A stretch of DNA of 64,000 bases, taken from Podarcis melisellensis. Lineage: Eukaryota. The notes below the pieces were generated by a model. That model worked only from the letters and a program-made list of their open reading frames with translations, had not been told where the DNA came from and did no database searches. Positions 39,111-51,121 of the stretch are shown here, piece by piece; within the stretch, counting starts at the first letter, position 1; every line of letters begins with the position of its first letter. The position numbers and the translations under genes were made by a program. Location of the stretch: NCBI GenBank assembly GCA_964234715.1, contig OZ174277.1; one strand, given 5' to 3'.

Positions 39111-40899
39111 AAGGTAGTGCCTTCTGTGTTTTGGACTTGAGCCTTCTCCTGCTTCTAGCTTCACACACATCCCCATCCGAGATTTGAGTACATCTAGGAG
39201 TGAGCAAATCCCCACCCCATTTTGCTCCCCCACCTCTGAGCAACAAAATGAGAGGCATCTCTGCAAATTTACACACAGAGAGCAGAATTTGCATGTGCTC
39301 GTTGCTGGAGCGCCTCTCGGTTGCCACTGAATGAAAGCCATAATTCCCCTCCCTCCTTTCCTCCAAAAAATTGGCTGTTGGGAGTGGAGCTTCAGTGGTG
39401 GTGAGTGCTTGTACATTTCACATCACTCTTCAGATATATCAGGGCCCCACTGGAGCTCAGCTTGGAGTGGTTCTCAAATGATAACATTTGTCTCACTACT
39501 AGGTACATCCAGTTTTAATATAATGCCTTGAGTACTAAGTGAGTTGAAAGAAATTGGGGGCACTTCACTTGAGTGAATCTGCATATTTGGCCAGTAAATG
39601 GGGAGCACTGCTTTCTGAAGCACTGAGGTAGAACAATCGGTCTGGATGTGGAAAAAGAGAGCAGCTCTGAAATATATATGTTGCTGCCCTTTTATTAAGA
39701 GACTAACCCTCTCACTTTCTGTTTGCGTGAGCTGTAACTCAGAAATTCAAGGCAGTCTCAGCACAGCTCATTAACACAGGGTCCAAGGAGAAGAGATGGC
39801 AGAAATAATGATGTCGTTAAATCAAGCTTTATGAATATGTAACAACACCTTATTTTGCATTATTACGATTGTTACTTAAAACATGCTCTCAGCCTTTGTA
39901 CCTCTGACTGGTGCTTTCTGAGCTCTGTTTGGAGTCTCTGATGGTGCTGACAAGCTTTAAAGGGGCTTTAAAGGGCCTTTGAGAGATTAGACAGAAAAAA
40001 CATAGAGAAATGTCTTTTGGATCTGTGTCTGGGGATGTGGGAGGGGGGAATTAATCAGAAGGGTCGAGGTTAAGCATTCTAAAGGAAAGGAGCTGTCCAT
40101 TCATAATGTGACTCCTTGCATAAAGGGGAAGGCTCAAGGATTTGTGAATGAGGTTGGAGTTGAGTGTTTGATATGTACACAGGGCAAGGAAATGGGTTAG
40201 CACCAATTGCTAGGTTGGAGGGAGGGGTGGCATTAACAAGCTAAAGGAGTTTTGCTCTTTCATTGTTAAGGCCTGAGCTTGTGGGAATTAAATCCATAAG
40301 GAAAAATCTTTTGATATCAGGAGTCTGCTTTGAGAAATAAAATGGAGATGTGGGGATTTGGAAAAGACCGTTTTGCCACAAAATGTGATCGGGTGCTTCT
40401 AATGTCCTCCCTTCGCCCAGAAAGGACAGAAGCATGACAGCAGAGGCAGCCATGGTTTAGCATGTGCGGCCTTTGTCTGTCCAGCAGAAAAGAACTGCTA
40501 CTTTACTTGACAACCCATTTGCACTGTCTCTGTCATACATCCCCGAGACGCCAGCAGTGAATTACTGTTGGATATTCTAGCAGTAATTTAACACTGAACT
40601 ACTGCTGGATTGGTGTGAATTCTAGAGTGGAATTCTGTATTAAGGAATAGTGCCGGGTGAGATTTCTGGGGCTTCCCACAGATAGATTTAACCAGCAAGG
40701 AGTGTTTCTAGGAGGTGGGCAGGGGACATTCTTCTCCAGCTCAGCAGGCTTTCCACGCCCCCGAAGTTTGTTTCCCTGCTTTGCTTGGGTGAACTTGTCC
40801 AGCATCCTGGGGCAAACCAGCAGCACCCCAGGGGAAATCGTAGAAGCTACACCAAGTGCCTAGAAAGCACCATGGTCCCGTCCTGAAGTTGTAGCCTTG

Positions 40900-41148
40900 A
40901 GATGTAGTGATGGCTGCTAACCTGGCTGGATTTAAAAGAGGTTTAGATAAATTCATGGAGGATAAGGCAATGAACAGCAGCTAGCCCTTTCCAAGAATGC
41001 CTCTGAATGCCACTTGTTGGAAATCACAAGTGGGAATAGTACTGTTGTGCTCAGGTCCTGCTTGTGGAATTCCTATAGGCATCCGGTGATAACAGGATTC
41101 TAGCCCAGATGGACAATTAACCTGATACAGCAGCTTCTTACGTTACTA
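40900..41148 (+). mobile_element. CR1-family 3' fragment
   Basis: gatgtagtgatggc...ggatttaaaagaggtttagataaattcatggaggataagg...aacaggattctagcccagatgg. Same family as 47345-47890. Confidence 0.75.
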
Positions 41149-41433
41149 AGGAGAGACAAGAGAAGCTGGAAGCTGTCCTGCAGTTACAAGAGGGTGATCT
41201 ACCTGTTCTGGAAACTGATTGCATAAATATAATTGAATCTTTTGGGATGAGATATACCTTCATATTTAATACAGATAAGATGGAACTGCATTCTCAGAAT
41301 CACATATTTGAGAAGTACTGCCTTCTGACATGTCATCTTTAGCCCAGATTTTCCCTATAAAGGCAAGAGGGGGAAAAACCCAAGTGTCCTCCTTTGGTAA
41401 ATAAAGCAAATTCCCCTCACACAAGCTAACCTT

Positions 41434-41438
<5 letters not shown>

Positions 41439-41504
<66 letters not shown>
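41439..41504 (+). repeat. (CT)33 microsatellite forming the exon 6 polypyrimidine tract
   Basis: Perfect CT run ending 3 nt before the AG acceptor (41508-41509). Confidence 0.97.
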
Positions 41505-41508
<4 letters not shown>

Positions 41509-41509
41509 G

Positions 41510-41779
41510 CTCCACCAGCCCTGAAGTTGTCTGTCAATGAGACCTTGGTGGTGAACCCGGGAGATAATGTCACCATTCAGTGTCTGTTGACTGGTGGGGA
41601 CCCTTTGCCCCAGGTCGTCTGGTCCCACTCACCTGGCCCTATGCCCCGCAACAGCCTTATCCAAGGGGGAAACCTCACCATCTGGAGCATCCGTGCAGAA
41701 GATTCAGGGTATTACAATTGCACGGCCATCAACAACGTGGGGAATCCAGCCAAGAAGACAGTGAACCTTTTGGTGCGAT
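41510..41779 (+). CDS. MDGA1: MDGA1 coding exon 6 (Ig3), 270 nt, phase 1-1
   Basis: Acceptor (CT)n-tccAG|ct and donor cgat|GTACGT. (A)PPALKLSVNETLVVNPGDNVTIQCLLTGGDPLPQVVWSH...DSGYYNCTAINNVGNPAKKTVNLLVR is MDGA1-type rather than MDGA2-type. Confidence 0.97.
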
Positions 41780-42594
41780 GTACGTGTTTCAGTGGGCTTA
41801 GCTGAAGACTGGCTCCTGACCCCCCAGTGCACACACACACATGCACATACTGCTTGATTGTAAAAACAAACAAACAAACCTCAAAATGGTTACAAAAAGA
41901 TAAAACAAGAAAATCAAGAAAAAATCACAACCACACTTAAAATCTTGCAAAAGTTAAAATACTAAATCAGATTAAAATTACCTCAACTTTCTAAACATAA
42001 TACTAGCACTATGGGCTAGAGAATAATATTAAATATATTATTCTATTTCAATTTATTGCCTGCCCTCCACCAATTTAATGTTCAATATTAAAAGCAATTA
42101 TGCCCAGCACATATTCCAACTTGCCCACAAAGCTGTTTCCCCCCCAAAAAACCAAGCCCACTTCCCCCTCACCTCGTGTCATATGAGATGTCAGGTGTGG
42201 ATAAGTAAGGACATGGCGAGTAATGAACAATCTGCAGCTTAAAGTGAGCTCCCAGTTGTTCCTTTCCAAGTGGAGCTTACTAACAATGAGCCCTACTAGA
42301 ATCAGCTGCACTAAGGAATTAAGTTGTACAGTATAGTCAGCAAACCCCGCTATGTCCTTTTCCCGCTCTATGCCCCTTTTCAGGTGCAGGTTGACTGTAA
42401 ATCATGCCTGCAACCAGACTTCTCAGGGGCTCAGCTGCTGAGCACTTAAATTGAACCCTTTGAGCTTTGGCAGGTGGTCCACGGGCGTGTGAGAATTATG
42501 GGCTGGTTCCAGTTCCCCACCCCTGCCTTAGAAGGTACAAGGTGCCGTTGCATTAAGTGACTATTCACCAGCTTGGCATTTGTGTCTTTTACAG

Positions 42595-42924
42595 CCATGA
42601 GGAATGTTACATTCCAGATCACTCCTGATGTGATTAAAGAGAGCGAGACCATCCAGCTAGGGCAGGACCTGAAGCTCTCATGCCATGTGGATGCTGTCCC
42701 CCAAGAGAAGGTTTTCTACTTCTGGTACAAAAATGGGAAGCTGGCCAAGATCTCTGACCGGCTAGTTGTCATCAGGAATGATCCAGAACTTCCTCCGGTG
42801 ACTAGCAGCCTGGAGATAATTGACCTACGCTTCACTGACTATGGCACCTACCTGTGCGTTGCTTCTTTTCAAGGAGCACCCATTCCTGACCTCAGTGTTG
42901 AGGTGAACATTTCTTCAGAAACAG
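42595..42924 (+). CDS. MDGA1: MDGA1 coding exon 7 (Ig4), 330 nt, phase 1-1
   Basis: Acceptor tcttttacAG|cc and donor acag|GTGAGC. (S)MRNVTFQITPDVIKESETIQLGQDLKLSCHVDAVPQEK...DYGTYLCVASFQGAPIPDLSVEVNISSET is diagnostic of MDGA1. Confidence 0.97.
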
Positions 42925-44518
42925 GTGAGCCTTCCACATGGGCCTTCTTGGACTATTAAGGAGGTTGAACTAAGTTAAAGAACTTCATATACCTCAGCAA
43001 AATCTTTGTAGGAAATTTTGAAAAAGCAACCCAAGAATAGGAGTGCAAAGTTTAATCAATCAAACTGGTACATTTGCTTTAATCACATGGCACATGCATA
43101 GGCATGCAGAAACAAATGAATATATCTTCCATTGGAGGAGCTGCGATTGATAAGTGCACCACAGTGAAGTTCTTCCTCCCCTTTCCAAATTTGATTAAAA
43201 AGGTCCTTAAAGAAGGCTTTCCACCCAGTCTGTGTCCAAAGGTAGCAGGTGGGTCTAGTCACTTCATATTTCTGAGTGAAACCATTGTGGAATAAGCATG
43301 TGTGCCGTACACATTCCTGTATAAGATCATCTTGGTAAATTGTGGCCTCACTTGTGGGATTGTACTTCTTCAAATAAAAAGTGAGGTACCACCTGTCTGG
43401 ATGCTTCCCTGTGTTTTGAGTTGTTGTTTTTTAAGTCTGCATATAGAACAATAACATCTCAAGGAGAAGACTTTTAGACTATGCTAGATTTTGCTATGCA
43501 GATTGGCTCTGAGAGACCTAAAAAGAGAGAATCTGATTACATTCTTCCTCGGGGTTATATCTCTCAATGTTGTAGCTGAGAGGGGCAAAGCATTTGAGCA
43601 GCTGGAGTACAGGGCATTTTGAAGCATCTTTACTACCAAGGCCATCATTTGCACATTATGGAAATTAGAGCTGCATGCTCCAGAGAGAATTTCCATATCA
43701 GGATCCTTGGCAGTCCTTTCCTTCTCTCTAACACAGGGAAACGAAGAGGTGGCCTTAAATTTTCCTTTATGTGCTCTTTCCTATCATGGCCAGTGGACCA
43801 CAATGGTGGGCTAGGAAGAGGGAAGTAGTTCTGTGTTCCCTGTCTCTCTGGCTTCATCCCACAAGTGAGGCCACAGCTTAGCAAGATGGCCATCCACAGT
43901 AGGAGGCCCTGGAGAGACAGCTTTAATTAAAAACTCCACAAATGTAATTTACACGTTTTTCCCTTGGAGAAAATTGTCTCCTGCCAGGTGAGCGTGTGCC
44001 AGCGGTGCTGAGCTGGAAGGGTGCAGCTCTGTCTTCGCACCGTAGAGAAGAGGATCTGATGAGATTCCTCAACCCACGGGAGACCTGCAAATTGAAAATT
44101 CACCTCCTTATTGCCTGGCAAAGTTGCCGCTGGAGATACTGGCAGCTGGAGCCAGCCTAAATATACTCTTAAGGCAGCTATGTACTCCTTCTGTGTGTTA
44201 TTAAAATAATCACACTCTCCCTTGCCCTATTATACGGGGGTCACACTGAGTCATCACTGGGCAGTGCAGGTTAAAATGACTTCAGGACTTCTGAGTTTCA
44301 TCTAAGGAGGAATAATACAAGCCCTCTGGCACATGAAGGCATCAGTGTACTTCATATGGAAACAAAAGAGGCAGCTGGAGGAAGGAAATTTTAGAGAAGG
44401 AGGAGACATTTCTTTCTGTGATCTTCAGGTGTTCCATCCCTGGGCTTGGCAAAACTTGGCTTTTACAGAGGTAGAGGACTCAGGCAGCAGAGATGAATCC
44501 CAAGTTTCATCTTGATGG

Positions 44519-44675
44519 CAGGGGTCAGAAATCTGTAGCCCCACCACCCCATCCCACTCCCAAATGTTGCTGGACTACCTTGTCCCACTAACCCTGACCT
44601 TTGGCCATGCTGGCTACTGCTGATGGCAGTTGAGGCCCAACAACATCTGGAACCTCCAAGGTTCCTTCAAACTCT
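44519..44675. mobile_element. hAT-like MITE (squamate gatgttgctggactac family)
   Basis: caggggtc...atgttgctggactac...ggccatgctggct..gctgatggcagttg..caacaacatctgg. Related copies near 8950-9030 and 54590-54720. Confidence 0.6.
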
Positions 44676-45059
44676 GTGATTCTGTGAAAGCAGTATATAA
44701 GTACAGCAAGTACTGATTTTTAAGAACATTTCCAAACTAATTGGAAAGGAGGATTCTGAGTAGAACCTAGCAGAAAAAGGAAAGCTCCTCCCTATGACTG
44801 GCAAAAGCCAGATATTTGCAAAATAAGGAATTGTGTTCATTTACTAGATAATTTAGTCAGGTTAAAGGATTTAAATTCTACTCTTCTGGGAGCTCAGATT
44901 TCAGCGACCCTTAACAAAGGATTTGGATTTTATTTTTTATTACCACCACCTTATTGCAATACACCCATTTAACCAACTCCTAAGTGTTTTTGTTGTGCTA
45001 AGCAAGCAAGGTGCAGCACAGTGTGTGAATGGTCCTTTCTTGTCGTCTTCTCCCATTAG

Positions 45060-45353
45060 TGCCTCCATCCATCATGGTGCCCAAAGGTCAGTCCACCATC
45101 ACTGTGCGCGAAGGCTCTAGGGCAGAGTTGCAGTGCGAAGTCCGGGGGAAGCCCAAGCCTCCCATCCTTTGGTCCAGAGTAGATAAGGAGGCTCCTATGC
45201 CCTCAGGTGCCATGACAGTGGAGACAAGCGACGGGAAGCTGCATTTGGAGAAAGTCACCCGAGAACTGAGTGGGACTTACAAGTGCCAGACAGCCAGGTA
45301 CAATGGCTTCAACATTAGACCCCGGGAAGCCCTGGTGCAGCTCAATGTACAGT
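45060..45353 (+). CDS. MDGA1: MDGA1 coding exon 8 (Ig5), 294 nt, phase 1-1
   Basis: Acceptor ctcccattAG|tg and donor cagt|GTGAGT. (V)[43 protein letters not shown]...[28 protein letters not shown]. Confidence 0.97.
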
Positions 45354-47344
45354 GTGAGTACAGCTGTAGAATTTCATTGCTCTTTGCTTCTATGCTAGTG
45401 TGCATCAGTGTTCTAGTTGCTTCGGAGGTGAAAGTGCATGCCTCTAGGAAGAGCATCTCTTGTTGGACCTAGTTGTTCTCTGTTTTCCCTTGGAATAACA
45501 AAATCCACATGCATGAAGAGTGCAATTGAGATTCTACAACTTAAAAGAACCTCCGTATGGTGAAATGATGTGCTTTCCATCATTTCACCAATGATTGAAT
45601 TAACTCTTCTGGAACTGAAGCTGTCTGCCAGTTCCAATCTCCTTGCTTGGACTCTTTTGGCAAGAAAGAATTGCTGTCTCTTCCCACCTCCATTTCTTTT
45701 TTTACTCCTTGGGTTCATCGGTGTGTCACAAATGACTGACTTAAGCATTAGATGTGAGCAGGTGGCTTTTATTATTAATATTGTTGGCTAGGATTGCTGT
45801 GGACTCATTTGCAATTGGATGCGCAACTCTGACTTTCTTTTTTCTTGTTGGCCTTGTGATGCCCTCTTGTTCCATAATAAGATTCTAAAAAGAAACCCTT
45901 GAAAACCGTGACTACCTAGGTGAAGTTTCGCTTTACTTCACTTAAATAGGGAGAACATATGAATTGATTTTATTTTGTAAACCCAGATAAGAAGTTGAGT
46001 TAACCCTGTTTCTGTGGTCCTTCTCATAGCCATCTTCACACTACAGTGAACATGACAAACTGCAAACCATGTGCTCTGTTTACATTCACAAGTCATGGAT
46101 GTTTTAATTTCAGGACTGTTTCAAAAATAAGACTTCCTTTTATATTTTGGTATATTACGAGGCAGCAAGCAGATACCTTAGACTCACATCTGATAATTTT
46201 AGCAGCGTTCCAGTGTTGGGTCAATGGCAGAGTCTGAAAGGCGTTTACTGGAGTCTGGTCAGATGCAGTGTAAGGCCAGTTTGCCCATGATGGGAGGAGA
46301 TATTTAATCTCTGTGCTCTGGAAAGATGCCACTCAGTTACTCTCTATGACCTTGGATGACCCAAGTTATTTGGGAGTCATCCAGAAGGCAATGTGATTCC
46401 AAATATGTTGCCTTCTGGCTGGCCCAGAACCAACTCACATTGGACATGGATCAGTCACAGCTGTAGGAAAGCAATATGTTTGGTGTGTGTGTATTTTAAG
46501 GATGGATCTTTCCCTAGCGTTCATAGTGTAGCAGCTTTCTTGATAGCATATGTGAATAATGCGCTGTTTGCAGGTGATCAAATGCTGAACCGGGCAGAAT
46601 TTTTAATACCTGAGACAGGATGAAAGCAATTTGGCTCTTTCACTCTCCAGGTCTGGGATGAAGTCATTGCTTGATGTTATTAATGGGAGTGGTGAATTGA
46701 AGGCATGTGGTGATAACTCTTTTTGCAAAGGTAGCCTCCCATCAGGAGAATTTCAGGACCATATTTCCTGTGGAATGTAGGTGGCTTTGGGAATGAGAAG
46801 CTGGCAGGTGTGGGATTAAGAGAGAGAATGTTAATTTGCACCATCAGGCACCATCCCTGGGCTGCTGTCACCAAATAGCATACTTACAGCACACACAGCA
46901 TCGCTTATTAGAAACCAGCCGTTCTTTCTATGCACTCCCCCCTTTCTCCTGCAGAAATAAAGAAATCTGTACTGAAAACCTGGACAGAGCCGAGCAAATG
47001 CCCTCAATTTTGTTGTCTAAATCTCCCTGAAAAGCAATATCACAGAGCAAACAACTCAAGGTGCAGTTTAAAGATGCTAGGTTCAAATTACAATTGGATC
47101 CTGATGAACATATCTCCACCCCCCGCCCTCCACACACAAGTATAATATTACCCGAGTGAATCAAGAAGAAGAAGAAGAAAACATACACGAAATGCAACAC
47201 AGGCCTTGAGCTAGCATAACCCTTGCTCCCTGCAAGCCGTGCTTTTCAACTCAGGACCCAGCCTTTGAAAACAGGCCCCTGTTCCCCTTCCCTTCTCCTC
47301 TGTTTCATGCGATACTTGCTTCCTGTTGTTAAGCATGGTTTCAC

Positions 47345-47890
47345 ATCAAGAACAGAAGAAGAGCTTGCTGGATCAGGCCAATGGCCCATCTAGTCCAGCA
47401 TCCTGTTCTCACAGTGGCCAACCAGGAAACCCCACAAGCAGGACCCAAGCACAACAAGAGCACTCGGTCCTTCATTTCTCAGCAACTGGAGGGGCAGCCA
47501 TTGATTGCCTTATCCTCCGTGAATTTGTATAATCCTCCTTAAAAGCCACCCAAGTTGGTGGTCATCACTGCCTTGTGTGCTTCATTGGGTGTCCATGAGT
47601 TCCACGAGGGAACTTTGCCCATGCCATATGTAAATTTACTAACTTAAATCATGCCACTTCTTTCGCACCTTTTATTTAAACTGAAAAGTCCCAAATGCTG
47701 CAACCTTTCCTCATAGGGCAGTCGCTCTGTCCCCTTGATGGACCTTTTCTGAAACTCTTCCAACTCTGCAGTGTCCTTTTTGAGGTCAGGTGACCAGAAC
47801 TGTACACAGCATTCCAAATGTGGTTGCAACATAGATTTGCATGGTAGCATTATGATATCAGCGGTCTTATTTACAACCCCTAGGATGGGA
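47345..47890 (-). mobile_element. CR1 LINE 3' fragment
   Basis: Minus ORF LQPHLECCVQFWSPDLKKDTAELEEFQKR..LPYEERLQHLGLFSL followed by a 3' UTR ending gatccagcaagctcttcttctgttctt. Confidence 0.9.
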
Positions 47891-48970
47891 TTTCAAAGCT
47901 GTCACACATTGTACAAAGAGGGAAGATGAAAGGAGTGTGTGTTCTCAAGGCTGGTTTCCAATCTACAAACAGGGAACCAACGTTGTGTTTCTACCAGATC
48001 ACAGAATCGAGGCACCCTTAATAAGGGATGGTTCAAATTATCATTTTAAGGTTCATTTTGGTGAAACTATTGCAAACAGAATTTATCAGCTCATGAGTGG
48101 ATTGTACAGTGCGGTGTTTTCAATGGGCCTTTGAACTGCAGCTTATTATACCCCTACTCAAAACTTGTTCCAGAAAGTTTCCAGGGATCTCGTGGCGAGT
48201 TGTGATTCAAAGATGTATTGAAAGCATCCCAGGATAGGTTTGCCATACCTTTGATCTCACTGCATTGCAAATGAACTGAAATGGCTATATGAACTAGCAT
48301 GCAGATTTTGGTCATTTCAGGGAAGGGCAAGCCATCGTACCCCTGCACAGTCTTGGTCAAGAGACCTTGCAGTTCCTTCTTTAGGACCATCTGCTGGATC
48401 GTTTTCAGAATCTTTCTGATCTTTAAAAGAGAGCCTCATTATTTGGAAAGCACCGCAACACTCGGGGTCACCTCCATGCCCTCGTTGCTGGTCCCTCTCC
48501 TTCTCATGTGGGGAGTGAGGCGTTATAGACGGGTGCGTGCATGTGCTCCACTTAATTGAGCCACTGCTCTCCAGCACGAGCAGCTCATTAGCTTTATGAC
48601 TTGCCCTGGAATTCTAATCTTGTCGGAAATGGGAATCGTGTGGTTGCTGAAGGCTCTCTGATGAGAGCGCAAATTTTTCCTCCACTTGTTCTTTCCAACT
48701 GAGAATCTGCTCTGATGATGAGTGTGTGTTATAGGTATATATTTGTGCCTGTGCACGCTTGTGACTTGCTTTTGAACTGGCTCTCTTGGGGGAAAGTGAA
48801 TTCTGGGTGATAATTTGGTTGTTTTGCTGATTTGTTCCAAAGCTAAAGTTGCAAAAAAAGAGAGAGGGGGAAAAAAATCAATACGGCAGATCTGATTAGA
48901 TGTCAGAACCTGTTTCTCTGTTTGTTTTTTCTTCTTCTTTTCCTTTTCCTTTCCACCCACCAATATATAG

Positions 48971-49110
48971 TTTTGTATCGTGGCACACAAAGCTCTGAAA
49001 TTAGCTTTGCTAGCGATACTGCTGCACTGGGAAGTGGGGGTGGGAGTGGGGCAGAGGCTTACAAACTTCTAATCTCTTGGAGATGGTTATTTGTCATCCA
49101 TGTGTTTTGA
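48971..49110 (+). CDS. Candidate alternative terminal exon of MDGA1 encoding a GPI-signal-like C-terminus (unverified)
   Basis: About 50 nt of pyrimidine tract (48909-48961) then TAG. Phase-1 joining to exon 8 gives FLYRGTQSSEISFASDTAALGSGGGSGAEAYKLLISWRWLFVIHVF*. AATAAA at 49118-49123. Confidence 0.4.
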
Positions 49111-49309
49111 AAATAGGAATAAATCACTGCACTCTACTTACAGGAATGAGCTAATGGTAAAAATGTTCAGACTTTAGTTATGGTGGGGGGTTTTAGGTGT
49201 ACATCTAGGAATTTTTATTTTAATGTGTCTGCCTAACAGTGGAAAATCCAAATGGGGCAAATGTGTTTCCAAGTATTTTTTAAATATTTTTGAATTCATC
49301 AAGGATATA

Positions 49310-49480
49310 ATGAGGAATGATTAAAGGAGTTGGGTATATTTAGCCTGGAAAAGAAAAGACTGGGATGTGATGTGATGTGATAGCCACCTTCAAATTTCTG
49401 AAAGGCTGTCACATGGAAGATGCAGCAAGCTTGTTTTCTGCTGCTCTGGAGGGTAGGACCAAACCAATGGATTCAAATTA

Positions 49481-49541
<61 letters not shown>

Positions 49542-49715
49542 AAGAACTTTCTGACAGTAAAAGCTGTTCAGCCGTGGAACGAATTACCTCAGAAAGTTGT
49601 TTTTGAAGATTTTTAACAGAGGTTGGATGGTGCTCTGTCAGGGATGCTTTAGCTGCGATTCCTGCATTGCAGGAGACTGGGCTAGATGACCCTTGGGTTT
49701 CCTTCTAACTCTACA
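49310..49715 (+). mobile_element. CR1 LINE 3' fragment with internal (CA)n(GA)n microsatellite
   Basis: Colinear with 6290-6625 (ttgggtatatttagcctggaaaagaaaagact...ggctgtcacatggaag...ggaagaactttctg). Confidence 0.85.
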
Positions 49716-49919
49716 GGCCCTGCTCCTGCCTCTAACCACTTGACCTAGGGCAGGGCCTGACAAGTTTTCTAAGAACTTCTGCTGCTACTACTGCTCAGCA
49801 GAGAGGGCTTCTTCTTTTAAATTGTTTTTTATATCCCTTTAAATTCTTTTTTAAAAAGTGTTTTAACAGTTTTTAAATGAGTTGTAAAGGCATTATATGG
49901 GATGTGCCTGGGAGCAGAG

Positions 49920-50128
49920 GAGTGCCAGGCAAAAGCCAGTTCCTTTTTAACCAGGCCTTTGATTGACATCCTATGCCCTTTTAAAATGTGGCTTTTTTGG
50001 AGGGGGTGTTACTGGGTTGTTGTTTTCATTTTGATTATATATTTTGTGGTTTGATATTTTGATTTTGTTCTGCGAACCGCCCTGAGACCTCTAGGTATAG
50101 GGCGGTATATAAATTCAATAATAATAAT
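49920..50128 (+). mobile_element. L2 LINE 3' end
   Basis: ttttaaccaggccttt...gaaccgccctgagacctctaggtatagggcggtatataaattcaataataataat. Confidence 0.75.
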
Positions 50129-50370
50129 ACGTACAATTCTTTAAAAAATATCTTTATTAATTTAAAATAAATACATTTATGAAGAAACAGACATACATAC
50201 AAGTAAACAAACATACAATCAAACAAACAAATAACAGAAAAATCAAACAAACCACCACACTATAAGATACAAGAAGATTAATATAATTATCATCATATAT
50301 ACTCCTGATACTGAAAACAATTATAAAACTTATAGAGAAGAAATTTAAAACTGACTTCCAATTAATCTCA

Positions 50371-50485
50371 CTGTACCACCGCACAGTTTCTGTTCTCATC
50401 CTGAAACAACGTTCTTAACCAGAGGTACTGTTGCTGGGTTAGCGGAGTCTGTAACCTGAAGCATCTGTAACCCAAGGTACCACTG
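50371..50485. mobile_element. Right half of the Tigger-like MITE seen at 4610-4867
   Basis: tttctgttctcatcctgaa..gttcttaacc.gaggtact...gtaacccaaggtaccactg-TA. The left TIR is absent. Confidence 0.8.
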
Positions 50486-50989
50486 TAGGCATAAGGTGAT
50501 CCTTTTAAGTAGACAGGTCCTTTCTTTAGGGCGGGTTTCTGATGCCTGCATTTTGCAGCTTGGATTCCCAACTCTAGAAAAGCTCTTCCCCTATAGCAGC
50601 ACCATGCATCTTTCAAAACCATGCTTCTTTCCATCCTGGCTTCCCTCAGGGACTCTCATATAAAAGATTTCCTGGATTTCATGGGGGTTGCTCAGAGTAC
50701 CCAACATCTGCAAACCGCACAGAGGAAAATGTCCTCCCCAATCCTTGGAATCCTAATGATAAATTGGGATCAGCATGGCTATCACAATCCAAATTAAATA
50801 GATAATGTTGTTTCCTTTATACTTCATAATATATACACAACTCCATGGGTGGTGGTATCGAAAACTGTTGCCATTAGTTTGGCATGCATTTTCCTTCTTT
50901 CTAGAATAACTTATTTGGATTACTTTCCCCCCTGATTTGTGCACCTGCTATAAAACTTTAAGGATGGGGATATGAGTTGTTATAGGGTA

Positions 50990-51121
50990 TTGGGTGGATC
51001 CAGACTAAATTAGTTGAACTGACGTCCTGTTGAAATCAGTGGGATGAGTCATGACTTAATTTAAGTTGCATTGATTTTAGTGGAAGGCAAGTACAACTAA
51101 CTTAGTTTGGTTCCCATCCAA
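50990..51121. mobile_element. Short palindromic MITE
   Basis: About 30-bp imperfect TIRs ttgggtggatccagactaaattagttgaact / agtacaactaacttagtttggttcccatccaa. Confidence 0.7.

Noticed and set aside
14413-45353. Alternative assignment to MDGA2
   Set aside because: Ig3 and Ig4 sequences (PPALKLSVNETLVVNPG; FQITPDVIKESETIQLGQDLKLSCHVDAVPQEK) match MDGA1 as I recall it, not MDGA2.
46972-46992. Possible REST/RE1 site (GGACAGAGCC)
   Set aside because: Only the right half-site matches. The TTCAGCACC left half is absent.
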